Part shown: one piece after another, positions 1 through 13,200 of the stretch
Position numbering within the stretch: position 1 is the stretch's first letter
Layout of the letters: every line of letters begins with the position of its first letter
Source: Octopus sinensis
Lineage: Eukaryota
Assembly: GCF_006345805.1 (NCBI RefSeq)
Contig: NC_043020.1
Location: 18,104,001-18,168,000, forward strand
DNA: 64,000 nucleotides
Direction: 5' to 3'
Notes under the pieces: model-generated
Told to the model about the DNA's origin: nothing
The model's database searches: none
What the model saw: the letters and a program-made list of their open reading frames with translations, nothing else
Made by a program: the position numbers and the translations under genes

Positions 1-422
1 TCTTACAATCGTGAGTTGAGCACCCTAATCACTAAGCCATGCACCCTTAAATGACTAACTCATCGTTTGGCTATATACTTCCCCTCCTGCCCCTTCTGTC
101 TCTCTCTCTCTCCTCCCTCTAAAAGCCACAACAGTTTCTGTTCCACCCAATATGCTGACTTCTGCTACCCTAATGTAAGCAGAAGACACCAATGCTCTTA
201 CTGCACTATTATCATACTTCCTTATAAGCTATGAAAACAAAACCCAATAGCACAGAAAGAAGGTCCTTATGTAAAGCATGAGAGTAACAGGAGTTTAATA
301 TGAGAATGAAACACAGATAGGAAGATAACAAGTGTATGTGGTGGTGGTGGGGGTAGATAAGGTTAATATGAAAGAGAATGAAAGGAAAGGACATAGACCA
401 AAAAAAAAAAAAATCCATTTAC

Positions 423-561
423 CTTGACACAGTTGAATCATTCCACCTGAAATGATTAATGTCATTGTTGAGCCAGGATTGAGAATTGGGTACATCAGGG
501 GATTTCTGATCAGCAGATGGTGTTTTATTATGCTTATTGATCAATTCCACATTTGATTTGT
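423..561 (-). CDS. REV3L: REV3L coding exon 6 (139 nt): (D)KSNVELINKHNKTPSADQKSPDVPNSQSWLNNDINHFRWNDSTVS(R)
   Basis: Acceptor tattttcag|AC and donor TCAAG|gtaaat. The phase-1 start matches the exon 5 end and the frame is open throughout. HFRW aligns with vertebrate LFRW at the end of the variable loop. Confidence 0.88.
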
Positions 562-921
562 CTGAAAATATTGAAAGGACAAATAAAATAAGGAAAGAGG
601 AAAAAAAAAACAAAAAAACAAAAAACACATTATGAACAAACTATATTGTAATCATAAACAAATACAACCATATTCCCAAAAGAGTTGATACTTATTTTTC
701 AGTTTTCCCATTAATGTTTATTATTATTATTATTATTATTGTGATGAGCTGGCAGAATTGTTAGCATGCTGAGCAAAATACTTAGTGGTATTTCATGTCT
801 TTACATTCTGAGTTCAAATTCTACTGTCTACTTTGCCTTTCATTATTTTGGGGGTCAGTGTCACTGAATTTGCCCCATCCACAAAATTTCAGGTCTTGTA
901 CCTATAGTAGATAGGATAATA

Positions 922-962
<41 letters not shown>

Positions 963-1844
963 GGCAGTGAGATGGCAGAATCATTAGCACACTGGGCAAA
1001 ATGCTTAGTAACATTTCGTCCATCTTTATATTCTGAGTTCAAATATTGCCACAGTTGACTTTGTCTTTCATCCATTTGGGGTTGATAAAATACCAGTTGA
1101 ACACTGGGGTTGACATAATCAATTAGCTCCCTCCTACTAAATTGCAGGCCTTATGCCAAAATTTGAAACCATTATTATTATTGTTGTTCCTGTCGTCTTA
1201 CTGATATAGCATACATACATTGCACAACTGAGTTCTGTTGCCTAAATATTTTTCAATGATGCCAGCACTGGACTGGGATATATCTGCAACAGGATTTTAC
1301 AACTGGATGTTACTGCTGCTTCCAACTCTCACTTGTTTTTCAAGCAGGGGAGGGGGCCCATCACTGCTACCATCATCATCGTTTAATGTCCATTTTCCAT
1401 GCTAGCATGGGTTGGACAGTTTAGTTAGAGCTGGCAAGCAGTACCAGATTCCAGTCATGTTATGGCTTGGTTTTTACAGGCTGGATGCTCTTCCTAATGC
1501 CAACCACTTTATATGTAGTGTACTGGGTACCTTTTACATGACATCAGCACACATTTTCATAATTTGAGAAAATATTTCATTCTGTGTCTTTGACATGGTT
1601 TCAAGGATATTTAAATAACAGGAGTGCTAACAAATATTAAATATCAAATTACATGGTGCTAAATATTAAAGTTTTACTTATGAAATATTGTAAATATTGC
1701 ACTGAGAGCAATAATGCATGAAATAGAAGGCATCACTGGTAATTTCCAGTAACGGGTTGTGGTTAATGTGAGTTCAAAAGGTCCTGATGCTTTCCTGCAA
1801 TGTAAGTTTATACTCCGAAACCAGAACATGAAGTTTAAGCTTAC

Positions 1845-1923
1845 CTTTAGTTTGGCGCCGCCGAAATTTGACATGGTTAACATTCAGCAAATTCATACCA
1901 TAAAGATTGTAATCGATAAACAT
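1845..1923 (-). CDS. REV3L: REV3L coding exon 5 (79 nt): MFIDYNLYGMNLLNVNHVKFRRRQTK
   Basis: Acceptor tttttcag|ATG and donor AAAG|gtaagc. Contains the FIDYNLYGMN motif of REV3. Confidence 0.97.
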
Positions 1924-2639
1924 CTGAAAAATAAAATTTATGAACGCTTGTTGAGAGAGAGGCATAAATAAAATCATTATAGACAAGTCATGGGAATAGA
2001 AAATTTCTTTATCAATTACAATAATATTGACAGACAGACATAGGTAGCTGAAGCAGGGGAAAAATTTGTTTTCTATCTTTGACGAACGGATTGGCCTGAA
2101 ACATAAAAAATTCCTGTCGATACCTACTTTAAAAGCTGAGTGGGTTGATAGTAGAAAGAGCATGGTGGCTGTAAAGGCAACTGACTCAACATGTAACTTA
2201 CTTATGCAACAATAGAAAAACTGATGGAAAGATAAAAAATTACATCATCACCATTTTAATGTCTACTTTTCCAAGCTTGCATGGGTTGAACAAAGTTTGT
2301 TGAGGCAGATTTTCTACAGGCAACAAACATTCCTGTTGCCATAACTGTTTCCAAGTAAGTTAATATTTCCCCAAGGCCAAACATGTTTGCACAGAATATT
2401 GCAAATGAATGACGCTTATTTACAATAAAACACAAACACACATACACTACAGTTTCCACAAACCAAATTCACTCACAAGACTTTGGTCAACCCAGAGATA
2501 TAGTAGAAGACACTTGTCCAAGGTGTAATGCAGTGGGACTGAACCTGAAACCAAGTGGTTTTCAAGCCAACTTCTTAACTACACAACCACGCCTGTGCTT
2601 AAACAATATTTGGAAAAAAAAACCAAACTATAACTGGTA

Positions 2640-2872
2640 TATATGAGGTTGTTTATGGAAGACCAGCATTTGCCCATGCATACCAGCTCCCACCTTTCTG
2701 CACCACAGTAGTTATTCAAAGGAAATACAAAGGCTGATACAGCTTAGCACCAGTGATGTTGCAACTCTTAATAAAGGGTCTTGCTCAAGAACACAGCACA
2801 CAGCCCAGTCTGGGAATCGAACTCAGTGCCTCATTATTGCGAGCCTGATGCTCTAACCACTGAGCCATGTGC
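2640..2872 (-). mobile_element. tRNA-derived SINE, family D
   Basis: Minus-strand head gcacatggctcagtggttagagcatcaggctcgc...gagttcgattccc followed by gtgttcttgagcaagac. Related copies at ~16530-16740, ~41340-41600, ~58970-59210 and ~61583-61800. Confidence 0.7.
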
Positions 2873-3012
2873 TGTCACACACGCACACACACACACACAC
2901 ACTTATATATATATATATATCACCGTGACCGACCAGGCTATCAGATGTTGCTACACATCGCTGGTCATAATGCACTTCGCATTGTATTAGCCTTCAAATG
3001 ACACCACCCCAC

Positions 3013-3054
<42 letters not shown>

Positions 3055-4074
3055 GTAGAGTATAAACTTATTATTCTTTCACAATAATGTTGTTGACAGT
3101 GATTTCAAAGGCAGCCCAACAATAGCTTAGCTGGCTGAAACTTTGAAGTCACTGTCAACAACCTTCTTGTATAACACATACATACATTCTTGTATAACAC
3201 ATACACACACCTCAAAATATCTGTGGCATCACACCAACTCACCTCTCATCCAATACAGAATCCAGATTATGAATAAAAACAGTCTCTGTGTTTTCACCAG
3301 AAGTATAATACAACACGAATAATAAAACATCAGCTTGGTACACAAGGCCAGTAGAAAATCATTAATACACACTGAGATCATATAGATCTCTACAGGAGAC
3401 ATGTATTAGCAGTTCTAATAGTACTGAATCAAATGTTGTAGCTGAATACTTGCTTTGTTTTATTAATCCCAGAAGAGTAAAAAAGCAGTCAATCCTAGCA
3501 GAACTTGAAATCAGAACAGAAATCATAACGATTATGATAATGATTTCTATAGCAAGGCCACAAGTTTTGAGGACAAGGTGGAGTCAATTAAAACCGACCC
3601 TGCTTCCACTCAGTCTTAATTAGGCTGGTACTTTATTTTATCATCTGCTTGTGGGAGCTGTAAGAAGCCAGGACACAAAGCATCATACTGCAAAAGCATT
3701 CTGGCCACTTCATTACTATTTCTGCTATAGAAATTACGTACAGTCAAGTACTGGGGTTTCATATGATCAACTTACCAAACTTCAGGCATTGTGCCTATAG
3801 CAGAAAAGATTATTATTACTTTTGACCAGGCTCCCGTGGCTTTTATGGGTTTTTCCACAAGTCACCTTTCAAAGCGCCTCCCCCTATTGGGAGTTTTAAT
3901 TGTTACTTACATTTCGTTGTTATCCAGCTTTTGCACACGGACTTTTTTCAAACGGACAAAACCCTTTGTAACTTTCATCCTGTGTTTTGTCCCTTTATGT
4001 CTTAATTGATTTTTGTTAGCCCTTGTGGCCAATAAACGAACGAATTATTATTATTATTATCATTATTATTATTA

Positions 4075-4275
4075 AGGGCAGTGAGCTGGTAGAATCGTTA
4101 GCATGCCACATGGAATGCTTAGCAGCATTTTGTCCGTTTACATGTCCTGAGTTCAAATTCTTCCAAGGTCAACTTTGCATGTCATCCTTTTGGGGGTCGA
4201 TAAAATAAGTACCAGTTAAACACTGGGGTCGATGTAATCAACTCATCCCCTCCCCTAAAAATTTGAAATCATCAT
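4075..4275 (+). mobile_element. tRNA-derived SINE, family B ((TTA)n-tailed), representative copy
   Basis: Head ggcagtgagctggNagaatcgttagc, B box ctgagttcaaatt, central gtcRactttgcctttcatcctttNggggtcgataaaataagtaccag, 3' end cttgtgccaaaatttgaaacc followed by (TTA)n. Many copies in the window. Confidence 0.8.
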
Positions 4276-7200
4276 CATCATTATTAGGACACATGACCTA
4301 GCGGCTAGGATGGTGTGCTCATGGTTGTAATTTTAATTCTAAGACTGGATGGTACGTTGTGTTCTTGAGGAAAACATTTCATCTCACATTGCACTGCAAT
4401 CACTTCAACACCTGACGCATGATGCACTGTGCACTTGTTCAGACAACATTGATTTGATGCAGAGAGTGAGCTAATGTACAGCATATACGTTTGATCACTA
4501 GAAGCAAATCAGTTGTGCAGGTTGTTCGGCAAAAGCTGAACACTCATGTCATCTTCGATGAAAGGAGAAGAGGAGGAGGTGGCCGCCGCCGCAACCATCA
4601 CCACCACCACCATCATTAGTATTATTATGCTATTTTGTTGGTATTTACATTCTCAGTTCAAATTCTGCTTAAGTTAGCTCTGCCTTTCATCCTTTCAGGG
4701 TCAATAAAATAAGTACTAGTTGAAAACTGGGATCAATGCAATTGACTTCTCCTCAAAAATTGCAGGCTGTGTGCCAAAATTGGAAACTGCTGCTGCTGCT
4801 ACTGCTACTACTACTACTACTACTACTACTACTAAGGTGGTGAGCTGGCAAAATCATTAGCACACCGGGAAAAATGCTTAGTAACATTTTGTCTGTCCTT
4901 ATGTTCTGAGTTCAAATTCCATCGAGGTTGACTTTGCCTTTCCCCCTTTCAGGGTCGATAAAATATGTTCCAGTGGAGCACTGGGGTCGATGTAATCTAC
5001 TATCCCCTCCTCCAAATTTCAGGCCTTGTGCCTGCACTAAAAAGGATTATTGTAAGTTCAATGTCCACTTTTCTATGCTCAAGTGAGCTGAACAGAGTTT
5101 GTTGAGGTGAATTTTCAACAGCTAGATGATCTCCCTATCACTGACCCCTCATCTGTTTCTAAAATAATATTTCCCCATGACTGGAAGAGAGAACAGCTAT
5201 AAAAACTTTGTCAAAACAGACACAAACGTCTGGTGCAGGCTTCTGTCAAACCATCCAACCCATGCCAGCATGGAAGGTGGACATTAAACGATGATGATGG
5301 AAGACTGAAAACAAAGGACACGACTTGCATTATGGAGATATTTGCTTACAACTAACAGACAATGTCAAGGCAAGGAGAGATTAACACCAAAAAAAAAATC
5401 CCCCTTTAAGGGTCACCCATGGAAACTCCATCCAACCACAGTCACTTTAACCTCTAATGCAAGTGCCTTCTCTACATTGTCCCTCCAGGTGCATGCCTAG
5501 AACAAGCCCCTTCATTCAGGCCATGTTCTCCACTGTAATCCCCTTCCAATAAATTTACTGGGAGACAACACATTCCTCTCTATTCTCACTTATCCAATTT
5601 AAGCAAAAGGTGAACAAATTCAAAGGGAGGGAATAAGTCAATACCACTGACCCCAGTACTTCACTAGTATCTTATTTTATTGACCTGGAAGGCATGTAAG
5701 CAAATGACACCAGTCAATTACATTAATCCTACGCTTCAGGACAATGGAATGGCAAATGGGGATGAATTAAGAACATGCATGGGGGACCATGATGGATGGC
5801 GTGCTTGTGTGAAATTATTGAAGTGTCTGAGAGGACAACTAAACTAAACTAGCTGGCTGGTACTATATCTTATTGATCCTGGAGTGATAAAAGTTAAAGT
5901 TCACCTCAGTGAGATTTTAACTCAGAATGTAAACAGACAAAAGAAACCGAGACAGGCATTTTGGCCAACACATTAACGATTCTATTAAGCTGTTGCTCTT
6001 GTAATTTTTTTCTGACATAGGCCCAAGACCAGCAATTTGTGGAGAGTGGTTAAGAAAATATACCTGGAAGCTGACTGACACTTTATCAATTCAGTAAGGA
6101 TGAAAGTCCTGCCTTGGTCAGAACTTGAACTCAGAATGTTAAGAACCAGAACAGATAGTGGAAAGCAACTTTTCCAATGCTTCAATAATTCTCCCAAGCA
6201 ACAACAAATGCTTCTTAAGTTCCAAGACTCAACCCTAACTTCATTGCAGTAAATAGGAATGAGAGCTAAATCACTCTTGGATTAGGATGCCGAACAATTC
6301 CCCAAATACTTGTCACAGACCTGAACTGAAGAACCAAGAGTCTAGACGTATAGTCATATGGTCTTTTTACCTCTTCTAGTGTATACAGTCCTTAAGCATA
6401 CAGCACCTCACATATGCATTTTGATCAAACTTTAATACTGTTTAAAATAAGACTAACAGGTAAGTGATTTGGTCTGTATTTTTTTAAGGCCCTAGTTAGA
6501 CCTATAACCAAAAGCATTCCAAAGGTAGCCATCATGCTTCTTTATACACTGTATAGTACATTGTTCAATGTGTCCTTCCCATAGGGATTCCAATGTGGAT
6601 TATCTCACTATGGCATATCACACATGCATGCAGACACACACACACATTCTGTGCCGTCACCATCACCATTGCTGCTGCTGCCACCACCAAAATTACTATA
6701 TTTACTGCTATGTGGTGATGGCCATAAACAAAAAAGATACCATTGCAATGTACTCAGGCTGGTGTACCCAAGATATCTCATACATAATTTTATGATAAAT
6801 AAAACCTTTTACCCCCAACCTCACCTTATTTTGTCCCCATGCCTCACTTCATCACCATCATACCTAATCACTTCCCAGTTCACTTGATCAATCCCACTCT
6901 CTCTCTCTACTAAAATGTGAGTAGTCTTGTCATTCCTCTGCAGCTATAAACCTTTTACCCCTTAACCAACCCACTAGCATAAGATTGTTTTTTCAGTGTT
7001 TATAGTCTTGGTAAAATGTGTGATGGCCTTAATAGTGCAGGTGATACCTAAACAGAAAAAGCAACCAAAAAAAAAAAAGCACACAGGACACACTTTAAGG
7101 TGTTTGTTGTGAGGAAGGGGCACCTAGCTGCGGAAACCATGCCAAAGCAGACACTTGAGCATGATGCAGCTGTTGGGGTCCATCTGAATCTGTCAAATGA

Positions 7201-8210
7201 TGCAACCCATGTTAGAATGGAACATGGACATTAGATGATAATGATGATACAACAACAACAACAGCAGTGGCAGCACCCCCAGCCCCCCCACAGAGTATAC
7301 TGAGTGCTTTTTACGTGACACCAACACCCTTTTTTCTTTTTGGAATAGGCGGCGAGCTGGCAGAAACGTTAGCACACCGGGCAAAATGCATAGCCGTATT
7401 TCGCCTGCCACTATGTTCTGAGTTCAAATCCTGCCGAGGTCGACTTTAAAATGGCGGTGCCCCAGCATGGCCACAGCTCGTGAGCTGAAACTAGAATCAA
7501 TCGAATCAATCAACTCAATGAACGGATGACATCATCCATGACTGACGGAGGCCCTATGTGTGTGTATTTGCCCCCCCCCCCAATCGCTTGACACCAAAAT
7601 TTTATGTTCAAGCTGGGTTTAAGATCTCTATTCTGTTGTGGTGGGCAGGTCTTCTAGAGGTCAGCAATACATCACATACCTAAGTCCTCTAATAGCAGCA
7701 GTGATTCCAGGCATGGCTATATGGCTACAAAGCTTGCAATTCCACTGCATAGCACCTTGAGAGTGGATTTGATAAGTAGAAACTGAAAGAAGTTCATTAC
7801 GTCAGTGTGCACGTGTCTCCTTGTCTTGACATCACAGAATAATTGTAAAGAATGTTTCCATCATACAAGCAATGTTGTTCATTTCCAATCTCCCATAAAA
7901 ATATGTCTGGCTTTTACGAAAAAAGGTTAGTGACAGGAAGAGCATCCATGCATAGAAAAGTAAATGCTAAAGTGGTGATGGTGATGACGATGATTCCAAT
8001 GTGCTGACAGCTAGAAATCCATACACCAGAAAGGAAACTCATTTGTTTTGTGGCAACCCTACCTCTTCTTTCATTGGTTTTAGTCTACTGGGCTATGAGC
8101 TCACTAGGACGCAACGTTTGAGCTTCAAACATACGAGATAAAATTACTACATGGTACTGTGCCTGATGTTCTACCAATTCTTATGTCTGTATATTTTAAT
8201 CTTGCTTTAA

Positions 8211-8519
8211 CCCCTTACCCAACAATTATTTTGAAAATAAATGTATTTTTTCAGGCATATTTTTTAATTGTTTTATTTTACTATGTTTTGAATGGTGATT
8301 TCGAGGTATATTTCAAACCTTATTTATTATGAATTTTAATTCAATAATATTGATTATAAATTACCGCTTTGGGGAGAAACGAGTTAACCCGTTTTTAGAC
8401 GAAGGAACTCGTTTGCTGTCGATTTTGGCGAGTCTATCTTTTGACGAGTTAACTCGCCAGAGATAGAAAAAAAACGATTTCGGTCAAAACGCATATATTC
8501 GTTTCTGCCGGGTAAGGGG
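8211..8519. mobile_element. CpG-rich piggyBac-type MITE with TTAA TSD
   Basis: TTAA at 8207-8210 and 8520-8523. Perfect 10-bp TIR ccccttaccc / gggtaagggg. Internal palindromes aaacgagttaacccgttt and cgagttaactcg. Confidence 0.8.
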
Positions 8520-8610
8520 TTAAACTGACGAGGGAGACAAACACAATCAGTGATTGAATAAGAAAAAAGTGATAAGTGATTGAATCAGAAAATAAGAAGA
8601 ACAAACCTAC

Positions 8611-8692
8611 CTGCAATAAATATGGTATATGAGCTTCATGTGGTTGGAAAACCTTATTTAATACAGCTCCTCCCAGCAGTAAATCAGCAACT
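8611..8692 (-). CDS. REV3L: REV3L coding exon 4 (82 nt): VADLLLGGAVLNKVFQPHEAHIPYLLQ
   Basis: Acceptor tctctttcag|A and donor TTGCAG|gtaggt. Contains the QPHEAHIPYLLQ motif of REV3. Confidence 0.97.
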
Positions 8693-10432
8693 CTGAAAGA
8701 GAAACACAGAATAATGAAACTACTGACATTTAGGGAAATAAGACAAAATAACCAGAGGGAAGAGGGAGAAAAATAAACGACACACATGTAGGGTGTGGAT
8801 TACAGGTGTGTGTGTGTGTGTGTGTGTGCATCTGTGCACATGCATGCGTTTGCAGTTTTCTCAATTAGTTTCAAATTAGTAAAGAATATTTATTTAGAGT
8901 TCTGCAATGTTTATCAACTTCAAAAATCAAAAGGTCTGTGGTTAAGCCGGCTGGTGTAATCGGTAGGCTTTCATGGCAATTCAGCTCACCCACACAAACT
9001 GTCGTTTAAAAGTGAGGCGGGATTAAGGCTGAAATCTCTGCAGTCAGCTAACAAGAATGAATCACATCTGCTCGGTAACAGAGCTGGAGAACTTTCTCAA
9101 CCAGAACATTAATGTGACCTTCAGTAAACTTCTAAGCTTTCATGTCAAAGCAATGTTAGCTTTTAATAAATACAAGCTTGCTCTAGATAGCTTGGAAGGA
9201 ATAATTAAAAAAAAAGAAAGAAAAAGAAACCCTTCAAATCTCATAATTTTGTACAAAAATGTATAATCCCTTATCTAAAAGTATACCCTACATAGTAGTA
9301 TCATAAAAGTACACAATTCAGAGAATAGGATTATTTAAAGAATTAAGATTTGGTAAAAATAGTTGAGCAACTAAATATTTTATAGCAAGAGGGCCTAAAG
9401 ACCAGTCTGGACTACCTACAGTTTTTTTTTTTTTACTTGTCCTGTACACATTTTATTAAAATATCCAAAATTTAATCTTTATGTATTCAATAATGAACCA
9501 AAGGAAAAAAAGTTCCTTTCCACATTGTTTTCCCTTTTTTAAACCTTTTTTGATATCAGCCCCATTAGAAACTGCCCCTAATTCTAAAATACAAACTTTC
9601 TGTTTAAAGTGATCTAAATTAAAACCTTCCATTAAAATTCCATGTTAATTTATGTTTCAAACACAAACTTAATAATAGCAAAGTTTATTTTACCAAATTT
9701 TTCATTATGATCAAAATTAATTGAAACAAAGGCAAAGTCTTTCAACAGAAATATGGTAACAAAATGGTTAATGGCATTTTGGGATATACGAAATACTGTA
9801 CCTGCTGACATGCCACAACAATTCTTCCCCTCTCCCCTCCACAAAAACTTTATGTAAGAATTTTTTGTTTATCTTTCAACCCCATATTAATAAATAGGTG
9901 CTGTTCATTAAGATATGCAATCAACAGAAATACATATTTTAATCCAATATCAAGACAGGAGATTGGAAAAAAAACTTTAGTAGTATTTATTCACCATTAT
10001 GCATATTTCATTCCCTAATATGAGTTACAAAATCATACACATAGGAGAAACATGAAAGATGTCTCCAATTAGAAATTCTTCAGACAGAGAACCAAATGTA
10101 CCTCTCTTCTTTATATAGTAGGGCATGGCTTGAGGGATATTTGACTGTTGTTTCTACCATGTCATGCAACTCCATAGAGGCTCCCCTATTATTTTGCCTA
10201 TACAAGAGAGACAATAAAATACAGGCCAGTAATATACTGGAAATAAACAATTGTGGCCCCTAACTGTATAAATTGTCCTCACACTTAGCCAAAACAAATC
10301 AATATAGAAGATGATTTTGCAGAATAGAATCAATACAATTACTTTTTTTTTTTTAGATGCTTCAAGTGACTCTAGATCTGACCATAAAAACAGATAGCTC
10401 TAAAATGTAAACTGTTGAAGCCAATTCTTTAA

Positions 10433-11039
10433 CCCTTTTGATACCAATCCACCTGAAATTGTCCCTAGTTCTGTGATACAAACTCCCAATCTTGAAGAGT
10501 TTTAAATTAAAACCTACCATGAAAAAATTTCATGTTGATTTATGTTTCAAACACCAGCTTAACAATGACAGAATTATTTTACTGAATTCTTCATCGTCTT
10601 CGAAATTACTTGAAACAAGGGCAGTGTATACCAAGAGGAAAATGGTAGCAAAAGGGTTAATACAAGCACCATGTCTATCTTGGTTTCAGAATACATACAT
10701 TGCATCCCTGCATGTTGTAAAAGTTAGCAATGGGAGAGGCACCTGACCTTAAAACACAGCCTCCAACCCATACAAGTAAGGGAAAACAGGTGTAAAACTC
10801 TGAGGATGAATGCCTTAACCATTTCATTACTGTATTTATTTTGAGATATTCTGTGATTCCTTCAATTAATTTTAAATATAACAAAGAATTTAGTAAAATA
10901 ACTTTGTTATCATTAAGCTAGTGTTAGGAATATAAATTGTGGCTAAGGTTTGGTGCTAGATTTTAATCCAAAACTTATGAAAACAAGACATTTGTACTAC
11001 AGAGCAGAGGCGGTTTCAGTCGGGTTGGTATCAAAAGGG
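10433..11039. mobile_element. Two oppositely oriented copies of piggyBac-type MITE family 1 (10433-10656 and 10819-11039)
   Basis: Both copies are flanked by TTAA and carry cc(c/a)ttt...aaaggg termini. Their internal sequences are reverse-complement homologues. Confidence 0.75.
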
Positions 11040-11112
11040 TTAATGACACTATTGAAAAATGGATGATATAAAAGATCTTTAAAAGTAAAGTTTCAAGTAA
11101 GATTTAACAATT

Positions 11113-11316
11113 TAGTGGTTTTCAACTGGGGTTCATCTAAGATTTTGTGGTTAAAGTTTATAGTTCTACAATAAATAAAATATTTTAACAATTTTTCAAA
11201 CAATCCCTAATAATGTTTAATTATAAAAATTAGTAGGATTTTTTAAGATGGGAGTTTGGTAGAGTAAAATAGGAATCAAAGAGGTCCACAAGGCAAAAAA
11301 TGGTTGAGAACCACTA
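11113..11316. mobile_element. hAT-type MITE
   Basis: Termini tagtggttttcaac / gttgagaaccacta resemble Charlie-type hAT TIRs. Partial second copy at ~42318-42420. The 8-bp TSD is not preserved. Confidence 0.55.
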
Positions 11317-12345
11317 TTCTACATGCTATTTTCTACTCTGACATTAGGGGTTGCTAATGAAGTTGAACAATGGAAAGAAATTACATAAGACATCAACACC
11401 ACCATCTTTTCTTTTCCAGTTATGGTAGCCGTGCATTTCCTCCACTCATATCCCTCTTTCATACCCTTTGCCACTCAACACCTGACATAAGCCACTTCCC
11501 TCAATATAACAGCCCCTCCTCAATCAAGGAGTCTTGTCTTGCAAGTTATCGGGCAGTCTCATTACGGCTGGTGACACAAAAAAACACCCAGTACATTCTG
11601 TAAAGTGGTTAGGGTTAGGAAAGGCATGCAGCTGTATAAAAACCATGCCAAAACAGACATCGAAGCTCAACATAGCCCTCTGCCCTGTTGGATTCTGTCA
11701 AATGGTCCAACCCATACTGGCAAACAATGAGTCAGCCCAGCAGTTATAACCCGATGCAAATATGTGAAGTAAATTTTTATAGCAGTCATTGAAATGTCCC
11801 ATGCCATAACAAGTAGAATGGGAATCAAGGAGGAAGTGAAGAAATAATAAGACAATTGCTAAGTGATAAAATACAAAAATGGGGTGAAGAGTTCCCCCTC
11901 CAACCCATAACATCCGAAATAAAATAAGAGCTGAAGTATGCAGGAGTAGACAAAACATTCAGCTCTTGACCTCCAAGAAAGTGTGGGCCACTTTCAAAGA
12001 AAATTAGCCACCTAACTCTTATACACACACACACAGCGAGCTGGCAGAATCATTACAGTGCCAGACAAAATGCTTAGTGACATTTCTTCCAGTCCTTTAC
12101 ATTCTGAGTTCAAATGCTGCTGAGGTTGAATATGCCTTTCATTCTTTCAGGGTTGATAAAGTAAGTTTCCACATCCTCTCAAAATTACCAACCTTGTGCC
12201 ACAATTAGAAACAAAGAATAGGCCCAGAAACACTCTTGCAAAGTTAATTAGCTTAATTGCTGCAGAATTAGTGATAGAGAAGAGGAGTAATAAAAAATCA
12301 TAACATCAGTGTCTATCAGCAGAATTCCACTTAACAGAATGACAA

Positions 12346-12489
12346 CAAAGCCAGCAAGTAGCCCAGTGTTGCTCAAAGCCAGCAAGTAGCCCAGTGTTGC
12401 TCAAAGCCAGCAAGTAGCCCAGTGTTGCTCAAAGCCAGCACGTAGCCCAGTGTTGCTCAAAGCCAGCAAGTAGCCCAGTGTTGCTCAAA
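12346..12489. repeat. 28-bp minisatellite, 5 copies
   Basis: Unit caaagccagcaagtagcccagtgttgct x5, with one substitution (cacgtag) in copy 4. Confidence 0.95.
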
Positions 12490-12997
12490 ACCAAATTTAT
12501 GGCAGGTTCACCAATTGAAAATAAAAACATGCATTGACAAACATGAAATGGAAAAGTGCATCATGAATGAACTTCCCATCACAACCTCATCTGATTAGCA
12601 AGAAGGAACATTTATGTCAATGATTTCCTTTGTGCTTAAGACATGACTCTTACTGGCGATGCTGACTTTGGGGATTGGGTAGGGGTCAGTTGTGACACTT
12701 TTGTGTCAGTTGTGTCAGTTTTGATACCAACTCACCTAAAACTGTCCTTGTTAATCTATATTCCAAACACTATCTTAATAATCCTTTCTACTATAAGCAC
12801 AAAGCCTGATATTTTAGGGGTGGGACTAGTTGATAACATTGACCCCAGTGCTCAAAAGATACTTATTTCATTGATCCCGAAAGGATGAAAGGCAAAGTTG
12901 ATGATGGTGGAACCTAAGCTCAGAACACAAAGACCAATGAAATGCTGCTAGGCATTCTGTCTAGTGTGCCAATGATTCTGCCAGTTTGCTTCCTTAA

Positions 12998-13200
12998 CCC
13001 TTTAGCATTAAGATTATTCTGCCAAATGTAATGCTTTTCAATCACATTTAATTAATCGTGTATTATCTCAAAGCTTTGAAATTTTGATGATGTGATCGTA
13101 TATTTTTAGAATAGCCTTGAAAGGTAGGCTGGATTTGGCTGGTTAGAATATCTAGCCCAAATAATGGTAGCATATTTGGGCCAGATTAAATGCTAAAGGA
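12998..13200. mobile_element. piggyBac-type MITE family 2 (~200-230 bp)
   Basis: TTAA|ccctttagcatt ... aatgctaaagga|TTAA. Related copies at ~17090-17520 (two), ~28740-28958, ~30100-30280, ~30820-31035, ~34155-34370, 46762-46986, ~47277-47485, 53367-53560 and ~56117-56395. Confidence 0.8.

Noticed and set aside
218-265. AG...GT-bounded block downstream of exon 6
   Set aside because: In the required phase it contains a TAG stop and lacks the expected CELEVD motif.
12346-12489. 28-bp repeats as a CRISPR array
   Set aside because: The units are contiguous with no spacers, the context is eukaryotic, and there are no cas genes.
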